Assembly (NCBI GenBank): GCA_050613775.1
Contig: JBODTK010000128.1
Span: 1-64,000 of the forward strand
Reading direction: 5' to 3'
DNA from: Neocallimastix sp. 'constans'
Taxonomy: Eukaryota
Length of the DNA: 64,000 nucleotides
Within the stretch, counting starts at the first letter, position 1. Each line of letters begins with the position of its first letter. The notes beneath the pieces were generated by a model, which saw nothing but the letters and a program-made list of their open reading frames with translations, was not told the origin of the DNA and did not search any database. Position numbers and translations under genes: made by a program. Of the stretch, positions 12,960 to 23,499 are shown in pieces.

Positions 12960-12970
12960 ATAAAAAACAC
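12960..12970 (+). promoter_or_regulatory. Primer-binding site, self-priming type
   Basis: ATAAAAAACAC immediately after the LTR is the exact reverse complement of GTGTTTTTTAT at 12747-12757 inside the LTR. It lacks the TGG start of a tRNA PBS. Confidence 0.75.
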
Positions 12971-13447
12971 CCAAGATTTAGACGCCGTGCCTTGATATAT
13001 CTACCCTTTTGTTTGGTTTGAAGCTTTCTTTTGGAATTAGTGTCTACTGCCTTTTTGTTTTCTTTTTGGACTTTATTTTTTGAATCTCTCGGATTTTCTG
13101 TTTCCTTTGTTTTTGGTTTCTGTTTGGCTACTTATCTTATTGGCTTCAGGTTTCCACTTTTGGTTAGATTCTTTCTGTTTGCCTTGGATTTCTTATTTTT
13201 GGTCTTGGTTTCTGTTTCCATTGGTTTCAGATTTCTTAGTTTTGGACTTGGTTTTTGTTTCCATTGGTTTCGGGTTTCTGATTCTTGGTTTCTACTTTTG
13301 GACAAAATCTCTTCTTCTCTTAGTCTCTGATATCTTCTTTGGGTTCAGCCTTGCTTCTTGAATCTACTTTTTTTTCTTTAAAAAATAAAATTCTCGGTTT
13401 TTGGTACTAATAGCATACTCACAATTATACCAAAATCTATCTAGGCG

Positions 13448-13479
<32 letters not shown>

Positions 13480-14183
13480 TTTTGATATAAAAAATTCTTT
13501 AAGAAGTTCTACAGTTCTTGAGACTTTTTAAAGAATATTACAGGTAAATATAATATTTAAATATACTAGGAGCGATTAGAGCTCATAAACAGAGTTTCGG
13601 CGGTTAGTAACTAGTTTCAGTAGGTTAGAAACTATAGCCGTTAATTATTCGAATATAAACGGGCTTCAAAACCCTAGGGCGTGAAGAGCGTGTGGATTAA
13701 ACGAAAGCCACATCCTACCAACCAACTTCAACAGTTCGGTGGTTGCTCTATTCGAATAAGCTCTGGCGAATAAGGAACTATAGTCACCGAAGGCTATAGG
13801 TTGGTCGTGAAGGTAAAGCGACTTTAAAATATATAGTTTATAATTTTTTATTTTGAGGTCTAGTATATACCTCTAGTTAGTAACTCTTGCCGGTTTTTTA
13901 TTTTGTTGTAAGGCATAAAAGAGTGAAATTTAGTCTAGTTATTATATTTACCAAATTAAATTTAAAAAAAAAAAAAAAAAAAATTTAAATCAGCAATTAA
14001 ACTAAACGCCTAGAAAAATAATAATTTATAATTCTTTATCATTACAATTTTCATTCGGGAGCACTAATAAAAAAAAAAAAAAAAAAAAAAAAAAAATAAT
14101 AATAATAATAATAATAGTGATAATATTAAATAAATCTTCCTATTGCAATTCTTAAACTTGTTTATAATTTAATAATTCTTTCA

Positions 14184-17100
14184 ATGTCTTCTTCATCAAA
14201 CGATTTTCATTTTAATGGCGATTCAGCTAAGCTCAAGGGATTTTTAGCTTATGTTGGGTTAGCCATTGCTCTTCGTCCTGAATATTTCACCAATGATCCG
14301 TTAAAAGTAGCTTATACCATCACTTTGTTAAGAGATGAAGCTATGGATTGGGCTGCAGACTTGATGAATGAAAATAACCCAGTCCTTGACGATTTTAACG
14401 CTTTCATTGAACTTATGAAGGATAGATTCAGTGACGTAGATGCAGTTTTTAATTGTAATCAAGCTCTTATGCATATTAAGCAAAAAGCATATGGTAAAGT
14501 CACTGATTACAATAATGAATTCCGTAGGCTTTCGGAAAAAACGGACTGGAATGAATTTGCCTTAATGGATGTTTATATTGAAGGATTGCTACCAAGACTT
14601 CAAGAAAGAGTAATTAGTTTGTTCCCTCCTCCTGCCAAATTAAGTGAACTAATGCGAATTACCAATCGTATAGATCATCAAATGACTCGATTCGCAACGA
14701 TCAACAATTACAATTCTAGAAATAACAGTAATAATAATAATAATTCTCGTAATAATAGGAAGTATTATAGATTTAACTCTAGTAATAATAGAAACGCCAA
14801 TTCTAATTCTTTTTTCAAATCAAATAATGATTCAAATTACTCTCATTTATCCCCTGAAGAAAGAGCAAGAAGAATTAAAGAAGGGCTTTGTCTATATTGT
14901 GGACAATCAGGCCATAAGTTAATAAATTGTCCAAAGCGAGCAAATAAACCTGGTTCCTCCCATATGGCTAGATCTAATTCTTCTAAGAAATTTAATAAAG
15001 ATTGTATTATTAAGTGTTCCTTTAACTACAAAAATAAATGGATTAAAGCTAAGGCTCTTATAGATTCCGGCTCCGACTTGAATCTTATGGATAGTAATTT
15101 TGCTAAAATTAATAATTTTAAGCTTGTACATGATAATTTAGAAGCTGATAACATTACTGGTATTGGTGGTGGCAAAGACGTTGTTGGTAAAACTATACCA
15201 ATATTATTTAAAGTTAGTAACCTTCAGGTCTTAACAGAATTTTTTGTTATTGATTTGAACGACAAATTTGAGTGCTTAATTGGTTCTAGATTTCTTAAAG
15301 AAAATAAATCATCAATTGATTTCAACAATAATATTTTAAGCTTTTGCAATAGTAATAACAATGCGTCAGATTCTTCCTTTGTTGAATCAGTACCTTCGAC
15401 CTCGGTTAACTCTACTTCACTTTCTCTTACTTCGAATACTTCCGACTCTATCTCTTCGAAACCAGCCTATTCCAGTTCATGCACCCCTAATAATTCTTTG
15501 TTTGATAATTCTTCTATTTCTCCTTCAGTGTTGAAGAATTCAATTGCCTCTTCCCCAAACATGGATACTCCAAATAAAACACTTCCCGCCATTTATCTAG
15601 AATTCTCTGATGTATTTAGTGAAGAAGAAGCTAAAATCTTACCTCCTCATTCTAGTTTTGATTGTGCTATTGACCTTAAACCTAATACTAAGTTATTTTA
15701 TAGTGCAATTTATCCCCTTACAATTCCCGAAGAAATAGCTTTAGAAAAAATTATTAAAGACTATTTAAAATACGGTTTTATTGTTAGGTCAAAATCAGAA
15801 GCTGGTCATCCAATTTTATTTGCTCCAAAAGATAATGGTGAGTTACGTATGTGTATTGATCTTAGGAAACTTAATGAAATCACCATTAGAGATAGTTATC
15901 CTATGCCTTTAACAACTGTTATTTTTAATAAAGCTCCTGGTCATAAGTATTACTCAAAGCTTGATTTAAAATCTGCTTACTTCCAAATTCGTATCAGGTC
16001 TGGAGATGAATACAAAACAGCTTTTGTATGTAGCTTAGGACACTTTGAATTTAGAGTTATGCCTTTCGGTTTCAAGAATGCACCTGCCTGTTTTCAAAGA
16101 ATGATTGATACTGCATTAAGTGACTATTTAGGTAAATTTTGTTATGCCTATATTGATGATATTATCATTTTTTCTGATGATCTTTCTGAACATCATTTAC
16201 ACGTTAAAAAAGTACTATTACAACTTAGGAAATTTCATTTACATGTTAACCTTGAAAAATGTGAGTTTGATAAGTTCGAAGTTAAATTTTTAGGATATTA
16301 TGTATCTTCAGATGGTCTTAAGATGGATATTAAGAAAGTCTCAGCTATTTTAGATTGGCCTGCTCCAACTACAGTTAAAGAAGTTCAATCGTTTCTTGGC
16401 CTAGCCAATTTCTACAGACGCTTTATAAAAAATTTTGCTAAAATTGCTTATCCTCTTAATAAACTTACAAGAAAAAATGTTCCTTTTGTTTGGTCAAAAG
16501 ATGCTAATGACTCCTTTGAACTTCTTAAACGTTCTTTTACTTCTGCTCCCATCCTTATTCCTGCTGATCCTAATTCTCAATTTTTTGTTGAAACGGATGC
16601 AAGTAATTTTGCGCTTGGATGTATTTTATCCCAAGTTAGCTCTAAAGATAATAAGCTTCATCCAATTGCTTTCTATTCTAGAGCTTTTACCTCTGCTGAA
16701 TGCAATTATCCAATTTATGATAAAGAGTTACTTGCTATTAAGACTGCTTTTGAAACTTGGAGGTACTATTTAGAAGGTGCTAAGAATACTATTAAAGTTC
16801 TTACTGATCATAGAAATCTACTCTACTTTAAGAAACCAGAACAGCTTTCACAACGTTTAATTAGATGGTCAATGTTCTTTACTCGATTTGACTTTCAAAT
16901 TGAGTATCGTCCAGGTTCTCGCGGTGGTAAGCCAGATGCTTTATCTCGCCGTCCTGATTATGATAATCATGAACCTGCTAAACCTTACCAAGTACTTAAA
17001 CCGGAAAATTTTTGTTTTACTTCAAGGATCTCTATTGAATCAAATCTACAAGATGAAATTAAAAAGTGTTACTCCAAGGATCCTTTCTTTAATAATGTTA

Positions 17101-18512
17101 AGATATATTTTGAAAAGCCTTCTGCTAATGAGAAACCCATTGCTTCGGTTGATCTCCTTTCGTTCTCCAATGGTATTCTTTTATATGACAATCTTATTTA
17201 TATTCCTGAATGCCTTAGATTTAAAATTCTTTGTTCTTGTCATGATTCTCCTACTGCTGGCCACTTTGGCATAAATAAAACCTCTGACTTAGTTTCTAGA
17301 AATTATTGGTGGCCTGGTATGCATAAGGATATTAAAAAATATATTCGTACTTGTAATGTGTGCTGCGCTTCAAAAGCTCCTCGTCATAAACCTTACGGTT
17401 TACTTAAATCTTTACCCATTGGCAATAATCCTTGGGAATCAATTTCAATGGATTTTATAACAGATCTTCCCTCTTCCAATGGTATGTCTTGTATTCTTGT
17501 CGTAGTTGATCGCTTTACGAAGATGGCTCATTTTGTTCCCTTTAAATCAGTTCCCTCTGCTGAGGATTGTGCTGAACAATTTCTTAATTCTATTTTCAAA
17601 CTTCATGGTCTGCCAAAGGATATTGTGTCGGATAGAGGTACTCAGTTTACTTCTAAATTTTGGAATAGATTATTTAATTTACTTCATGTTGATCTTTGTT
17701 TATCATCTGCTCATCATCAGCAAACTAATGGTCAAACGGAGAGGGTAAACGCAATACTTGAACAATACTTAAGATGTTATGTTAATTATCAACAAAATAA
17801 TTGGATGGAATATTTATCTCTTGCAGAATTTGCTTACAATAACACAATACAAGAATCTGCAAATGCTACTCCTTTCTTTCTTAATTATGGGTTCAATCCT
17901 AAATTTGATCCTTCTACTCCAGATGTTTCTATTGTCCCTCGTGCGGAAATTATTGCTAAAGACTTAAAAGAATTAAGAAATGTACTTAAAGAAAATCTTC
18001 AAAGTGCAGTTAATTTTCAAAAAAAATATTATGATGATAAACATATGTCTCCGCCTGAGTTTAAAGTTGGCTCAAAAGTTTGGCTGTTAAGGAATGATTT
18101 AATAAATAATAAAAAAGGTAAACTTGCTCCTAAGAAATCTGGTCCATTTACTATTTTAAAGAAAATTTCAGATGTAAGTTATAAATTAAAGTTACCAAAC
18201 TCTTTTAGGGTCTTTCCAGTTTTCCACGTTTCACTTCTTGAGCCAGCCTATGAAAATGAATTTACAGAAAGAAATATCCCAACTCCAAAACCTATTATAC
18301 TTAATGGAGAAAAAGAATATGAGGTTGAATCTATTCTTGATTCAAAGAAATTTCATAACAAAATTAAATATTTAATTCATTGGAAAGGTTATGATGATTC
18401 TGAAAACTCATGGGAACCTTTTGAGAATCTTCATTGCAATAAACTTCTTGCCGAATTCCACAAGAAGTTTCCAAATAAACCAAAACCTAAGACGTCTGGA
18501 ATCCGTCTCTAA
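14184..18512 (+). CDS. Single-frame Gag-Pol polyprotein with chromodomain
   Basis: 1442 aa: capsid-like gag, CCHC knuckle CLYCGQSGHKLINC, protease LIDSGS, RT YIDD, RNase H ETDAS/TDH, integrase HHCC and D-D-E (SMDF/SDRG/GQTE), GPF motif, chromodomain EYEVESIL...YLIHWKGY...SWEP. Confidence 0.97.
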   Translation: MSSSSNDFHFNGDSAKLKGFLAYVGLAIALRPEYFTNDPLKVAYTITLLRDEAMDWAADLMNENNPVLDDFNAFIELMKDRFSDVDAVFNCNQALMHIKQKAYGKVTDYNNEFRRLSEKTDWNEFALMDVYIEGLLPRLQERVISLFPPPAKLSELMRITNRIDHQMTRFATINNYNSRNNSNNNNNSRNNRKYYRFNSSNNRNANSNSFFKSNNDSNYSHLSPEERARRIKEGLCLYCGQSGHKLINCPKRANKPGSSHMARSNSSKKFNKDCIIKCSFNYKNKWIKAKALIDSGSDLNLMDSNFAKINNFKLVHDNLEADNITGIGGGKDVVGKTIPILFKVSNLQVLTEFFVIDLNDKFECLIGSRFLKENKSSIDFNNNILSFCNSNNNASDSSFVESVPSTSVNSTSLSLTSNTSDSISSKPAYSSSCTPNNSLFDNSSISPSVLKNSIASSPNMDTPNKTLPAIYLEFSDVFSEEEAKILPPHSSFDCAIDLKPNTKLFYSAIYPLTIPEEIALEKIIKDYLKYGFIVRSKSEAGHPILFAPKDNGELRMCIDLRKLNEITIRDSYPMPLTTVIFNKAPGHKYYSKLDLKSAYFQIRIRSGDEYKTAFVCSLGHFEFRVMPFGFKNAPACFQRMIDTALSDYLGKFCYAYIDDIIIFSDDLSEHHLHVKKVLLQLRKFHLHVNLEKCEFDKFEVKFLGYYVSSDGLKMDIKKVSAILDWPAPTTVKEVQSFLGLANFYRRFIKNFAKIAYPLNKLTRKNVPFVWSKDANDSFELLKRSFTSAPILIPADPNSQFFVETDASNFALGCILSQVSSKDNKLHPIAFYSRAFTSAECNYPIYDKELLAIKTAFETWRYYLEGAKNTIKVLTDHRNLLYFKKPEQLSQRLIRWSMFFTRFDFQIEYRPGSRGGKPDALSRRPDYDNHEPAKPYQVLKPENFCFTSRISIESNLQDEIKKCYSKDPFFNNVKIYFEKPSANEKPIASVDLLSFSNGILLYDNLIYIPECLRFKILCSCHDSPTAGHFGINKTSDLVSRNYWWPGMHKDIKKYIRTCNVCCASKAPRHKPYGLLKSLPIGNNPWESISMDFITDLPSSNGMSCILVVVDRFTKMAHFVPFKSVPSAEDCAEQFLNSIFKLHGLPKDIVSDRGTQFTSKFWNRLFNLLHVDLCLSSAHHQQTNGQTERVNAILEQYLRCYVNYQQNNWMEYLSLAEFAYNNTIQESANATPFFLNYGFNPKFDPSTPDVSIVPRAEIIAKDLKELRNVLKENLQSAVNFQKKYYDDKHMSPPEFKVGSKVWLLRNDLINNKKGKLAPKKSGPFTILKKISDVSYKLKLPNSFRVFPVFHVSLLEPAYENEFTERNIPTPKPIILNGEKEYEVESILDSKKFHNKIKYLIHWKGYDDSENSWEPFENLHCNKLLAEFHKKFPNKPKPKTSGIRL

Positions 18513-18521
18513 GGGAGAGAG
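18511..18521 (+). promoter_or_regulatory. Polypurine tract
   Basis: AAGGGAGAGAG, one base upstream of the 3' LTR. Confidence 0.85.
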
Positions 18522-18522
18522 T

Positions 18523-19166
18523 TATAACAGAATCAATAATTACAATTATTTTATTATTTTAATATTTAGTATTATTTTTCAATAAAGTTTTAAAACAAAT
18601 AATTAAATTTAAAAAATATTATTTCTGGTATAGTTGTTAGTAACTAATACCATGAATCAAACTACTTAGGGTTCGATTCATATTTATTATTATTTTATAG
18701 TTTTATTCTAAAAAATATCTAGAAGATTCTTTATAGTTCAAGAAATTACTAGAATTTCTTGATAATTCTTGTGTTTAATTAATTAAAATTTATTCTATTA
18801 AATTCTTAATTCTATTGTTTTCTATTTTTTCTAAATTTTTCGATTTTTAAGAACTTTTTAGAAACTTTTATTTTTATTTTTTAATAACTTTAACTTTTGA
18901 AAAAAAAAATATAAATATGAGTAAAATTCTTATTAACAAATATTCTTTTCTTTGTGTTTTTTATTTTAATTTTGTTTAGTTAATAAAACTTAATTTTTTA
19001 ATAAAACTTTTTTCAATATTAATACTATATCAACCCTTGCGGCTTATAGTATTATAATAAATATAATTAATAAAATAATTATAATAAAAGAAAAAAAATA
19101 AATAAAAAATAAAATAATTTTTGTTTCTTTTGAGTGTTATTATATTTATTATAATATTTTGTTATA
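18523..19166 (+). repeat. 3' LTR
   Basis: Direct repeat of 12316-12959, same length (644 bp). Confidence 0.95.
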
Positions 19167-19323
19167 GAGAATTGTAATAATTTTATATCTTTTTGGAGTA
19201 AATAATTTCGATAATTAGTAGTTTGTTGAATGATTGAAAAATAATTTGATTTAGCACTTTTTTCAGTATATTATTTAAATTGAATATCATAAAGTATTTA
19301 ATGACTAAGATTGAATTGATGAA

Positions 19324-19326
<3 letters not shown>

Positions 19327-19374
<48 letters not shown>

Positions 19375-22300
19375 CAGGGAAGAGAATACACTTCCAAAAA
19401 CTTTATTAAATTTTATTTTAAAAAATACATGTAGGTGAAAAGTACATTAGAAATTAAAAATAAAAAATTAAAAAATAAAAAATAAAAAATAAAAAAGCTC
19501 GAAAATACTATGTATTTCGGCAAGTTGTACTATGCGGGAATTTTACCCTTCCTATCAAATAAAAAAGAAATAAAATTTAGAAGTAACATCCTTAAAATAG
19601 ATAGTGTGGTGTCCACTAAACTCTCCCCGGATTCATCATTTATTGAGCTACTAGGGCGAGAATCACCCTTCGTAGTAATAGATGATAATCCTGTATTTTC
19701 ATTATGCCTTATCAGTACGACGTCGACGCTCTTGGTTAAGTTTGATATTTTGCAATACCTATCAAATAATAGCTCAAACGAACTACTTATGATAGGTATT
19801 GCATTTGTTAAGAATTCCGCCAAGCCCACAATTTTTGGAACAGGTGACTCAGATGAACCTTTGAAAAGTAGTTCATTTAAATGTCTCTGTTCCCCACTAT
19901 CGAAATGTAGTTCATTTAAAACTAAAGTCCCACCAAGAAGGAACAAGTATATATAATGATTGATATAATCTTCAAAATCAGAAATAGAGTCATAGGAAGA
20001 AAGAGGATTAAACGCTCTAATCTTCCTAAGGAATAAAACATAGAGATCATCGATGAAATTTAAAGAATTCCATCTAAAAGATGCAAGAGCATCGCATTTA
20101 AAAATCCAATGTTCAAAAGATTGATTACCTTCACCACAACATGGGCAGGACTTTGGACAATCTTCTGAAACTCTACCCATTCTAATAGCAATAGTAGTAT
20201 TGTATTTATAACCACAGCGTAAACGTATAATCCACGAAAATCCTAAGTTGAATTGGGGATATTTTAAGCTAAGCATTATTATAGCTTTATTGTTTGAGAA
20301 CTTGTTACTATCGTAGTTTTGACCTTTAATACCTTGAAATCTGGAAACTGATTTCCAGTAACGTTCTATAATATCGTCATATTTTACACATTTATATTTT
20401 TTGATTTTTTTATATAGTGTTCTAGATTCTTTAGTCCAGGAATAATAAGGCATTTTGGGAATAGATTTAATAAGATCCTTTATGATACAGTTTGATTTAC
20501 TCCATTTTGCAAATGATTTAATCTGTAAGGCTGCGCAGATACCAGCAATAGGAGGGATGCTTAGATCTCGAGATAAAGCATAAGTACTCATTGTTGAATT
20601 ATGTCTAATATAGTCATTGTTTTCTGTATTTGTTTTACCATTTTTAGAGAAGGAACCGATACACCAAAATAGACCAGTATTAATTAATGTTTGAATTCTA
20701 GCCGTTCTAGATTTGTTTGAACCAAGTAAAGGAGAATAATAAATTACTTTACTAATAACAAAGGATTGAAGAACTTTTTTCTTGTATACAATAGGAATAA
20801 GTTTATTTGAAAAGAAACGTGTAAATGAAAGAAGGGATTTTCTAACTTTAAAATGCATGTGAGATATAATGTGTTCTAGTAGGAGATCATCTGAAAAAGG
20901 AATACCAAGATAGACATAACTAGAAACTTTAGGAATATCATTCTTTCCTAAATAGAAGGTTGGATCACTATAGTTTGGAGGAGGTTGGAAGTTCATTGGT
21001 TTTATAACCATAGTTGCACACTTTTCAATACCAAAAGTCATTTCATTTAAATTAGCCCATTTATGTACCTTTTTTAATAATTTTTCTAAATTTTTTGCAC
21101 TTGGAGCAATGAGAACAACATCATCAGCAAAGAGTCCACCACAACACTTTTTTCTTCCAATATTAACACCATACTTTTCACAGTCATTTAGTATATCATT
21201 GATGAATAAATTGAATAAGATTGGAGATAAAGGACAACCTTGACGAACACCTCTTTTAATAGGAAATTCATTTGATAACATTGAAGCAAATCGAGCACGT
21301 GCTTTAGATGAAGTATATAAATTACAAAGAAAATCAAAACATTTACCGCGTACTCCATAGTGATATAATTTAGTAAGAATGTTAAAAATAGGAACTGAAT
21401 CATAAGCTTTTTTAAGATCTAAAAAAGCTAAATATGTGAATTTTCCTTGGAATTTTCTTCTTTGACAAATTTCTCTAACGGAAATGAATAAACTAATGCA
21501 TTCTTCGCGGTTGCGAAATCCAAATTGTTCAGGTCTAATGAAATTGTGTGAGAGTGCGTAAGTAGATATTCTATCTGTTATAATTTTTGAAATGATTTTT
21601 AGTCCAACGTTAATGAGAGAAATACCTCGATAATTACTACAATCTGATAGGTCACCCTTCTTAGGAATTGATACAATAGAAGCTGAGTTCCATTTTTTAG
21701 GAAATGACCCATTCCATATTTTATTAAATATCAATTTTAGACACTTTCCAGCAGCAGGATGTGATTCTAGTAATTCTTCGTTACAAAAAAGAGCTTTGTA
21801 GAATTCAATCGGAATACCATCGGGGCCGGGTGCTTTGTTATTTTTCATCGATGAAATAGTTTTTTTAATATCTTCAATCGTAATAGGACCATTTATATTC
21901 CAGGTAGTGGATCTAAGACTAATATTCCTTAAAGCATGATTCCAGTAATTACGATTAAGGCTGTGACCTGAGGGATCCGAAGCAAGATCTTTATAATATT
22001 CAGCCCATCTATCTAATTGCTTTGAAGGAGAGATAATATCTTGACCAAACTTAGATTTAATGCAAGTAAGGGAGGTAGATGAATATGATGGTTTAGCCAT
22101 TTTCTTTAAACATCTCCAACCATTTTTGAAATCTTTATTCAAAAAATAATTACCTATTTTTACTATATTAGCCTTAAATCTAGCAGAACGAAATTTACTC
22201 TTAGTTTTCTTGATTAATTTGCAAAGTTTTTCATATTTATTAAATTGTTCAAGGTAATTATCAACATTTTCACAATTAAAGTAAGGCTTAATATTCCGAA

Positions 22301-22456
22301 ATGCAATATGTTTTTCATGAGATAGTTTTTTAATGTAATAAGGACAATGAAAAGCAGAGCCCTTTAAATTTGTTGGAATAAAAGCCTTAATATCTTTCCC
22401 GATATTATTTGCTGTATTGATAAATTTTTCTACCATTTCATCAGCCGTAAGCGAAT
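19327..22456 (-). mobile_element. 5'-truncated LINE (family B) nested in the family A 5' UTR
   Basis: Long poly(A) (T-run 19327-19371). 11-bp TSD TTGATGAAATA at 19316-19326 and 22457-22467. Confidence 0.92.
19530..22456 (-). CDS. LINE family B ORF, N-terminally truncated (RT and Zn finger, no endonuclease)
   Basis: RT motifs GPDG, NYRGISL, FLDLKKAYD, GVRQGCPLSP, LFADD; CPCC...HWIFKC. The tracked ORF extension to 22568 runs past the TSD into host-element DNA and starts at TTG. Confidence 0.88.
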
Positions 22457-23499
22457 TTGATGAAATAAAATGGCACAAAATTAGTAAAGAGTTAAATAAA
22501 TTACTACAAGATTTAGAGTGAATCAATCTCTTACAACGTGATACATGAAATATAAAGTTGAAATACAATTGAATACAATAGATTCTTACATGAGAATAGT
22601 AATACTACATGAAAATAGAAATACAATGAAAATGTATTACTAATTCTTGGGTGTAACTTATTTAACAATGTTCCAAAAATGCACCATTATATTCCGCAGT
22701 GAGTGTTCACCAGAAAAATTTTACCAATAACATTACCATTGCGCATAATGTTATTAATTAACACAAAATATAACTTTACTACTATTTTGCACCAGTACTG
22801 TGGATCTACTTTATAAGAGTAAAGTTAATTCCCCTTGCAGGCGATTTAAATACATAAATCGAGTACACCCCTGCTCGGGGGCTGCTTATTACTAACACTA
22901 CTAAAAATACTCTTACTAATAATTATTTAAAATTTTAAATAATAATAAATTTTGTATTAAAATTTATATTAAATAAACTTTTCATTTAAAAATATTTTGT
23001 ATAATATTGAACATTAATAGTTGGATTTATCTAAAACATAATTTTAAAAAAAGGGAATTTATAAATAAAATATTCTATTATTAAGTTTTCATAAATAAAG
23101 TACTATATTATTAATTAAGTTTCATAATCATTCAAATGAGTCATTATTAAAAGAACTATTTTTATATATAAGAAAATACTTCTATACATAAAACAATTAC
23201 TATAATTTTTATTTCATATACTATTCAATACTTTTTATTTTATTCAATTTTTTTATGATTAAAAAAAAATTAAATAAAAATGAAAATTTTTTATTCAATA
23301 CCATTTAATGCTAATAAATATTTAAAGCATTAAATAGCAATCAATCAAATATAAAAATATATTCATTAAAAAAAAAAAAAAAAAATTAATAATTCTTTAT
23401 AATTTTTTATTTTATAATATAATATAATTTTTATAATTTTTTTATTTTATTATATAGAATATTAATATTTATTATATAAATATTAATAGTATTTTAAAA

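Larger units (their letters stand above)
12316..19166 (+). mobile_element. Intact Ty3/gypsy chromovirus LTR retrotransposon
   Basis: Two 644-bp LTRs that look identical by eye, 5-bp TSD GAGAA (12311-12315 and 19167-19171), polypurine tract before the 3' LTR, and an intact gag-pol ORF. Confidence 0.97.
7491..22881 (-). mobile_element. Full-length LINE (family A) with 5' UTR interrupted by two nested insertions
   Basis: Poly(A) at 7491-7518. 12-bp TSD CTGCTTATTACT at 7479-7490 and 22882-22893. The 5' UTR pieces are 12225-12315, 19172-19326 and 22468-22881. Confidence 0.9.

Noticed and set aside
13031..13361. Two hydrophobic ORFs in the LTR leader as possible env-like or accessory genes
   Set aside because: TTG starts, T-rich repetitive sequence and no recognisable domain. 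The antisense frame I translated contains stops.
13760..13780. GGCGAAT resembling the HDV ribozyme J4/2 strand
   Set aside because: I could not build the P1/P2/P3/P1.1 nested pseudoknot around it.
5857..21403. Short antisense or alternate-frame ORFs within LINE and gag-pol genes (e.g. 5857, 7740, 9127, 14919, 16435, 16888, 19510, 21188)
   Set aside because: Shadows of the long retroelement ORFs with no independent motifs.
22457..22568. N-terminal 37 aa of the tracked 1012-aa ORF
   Set aside because: Lies beyond the LINE-B TSD in LINE-A UTR sequence. It is a chance in-frame read-through from a TTG.
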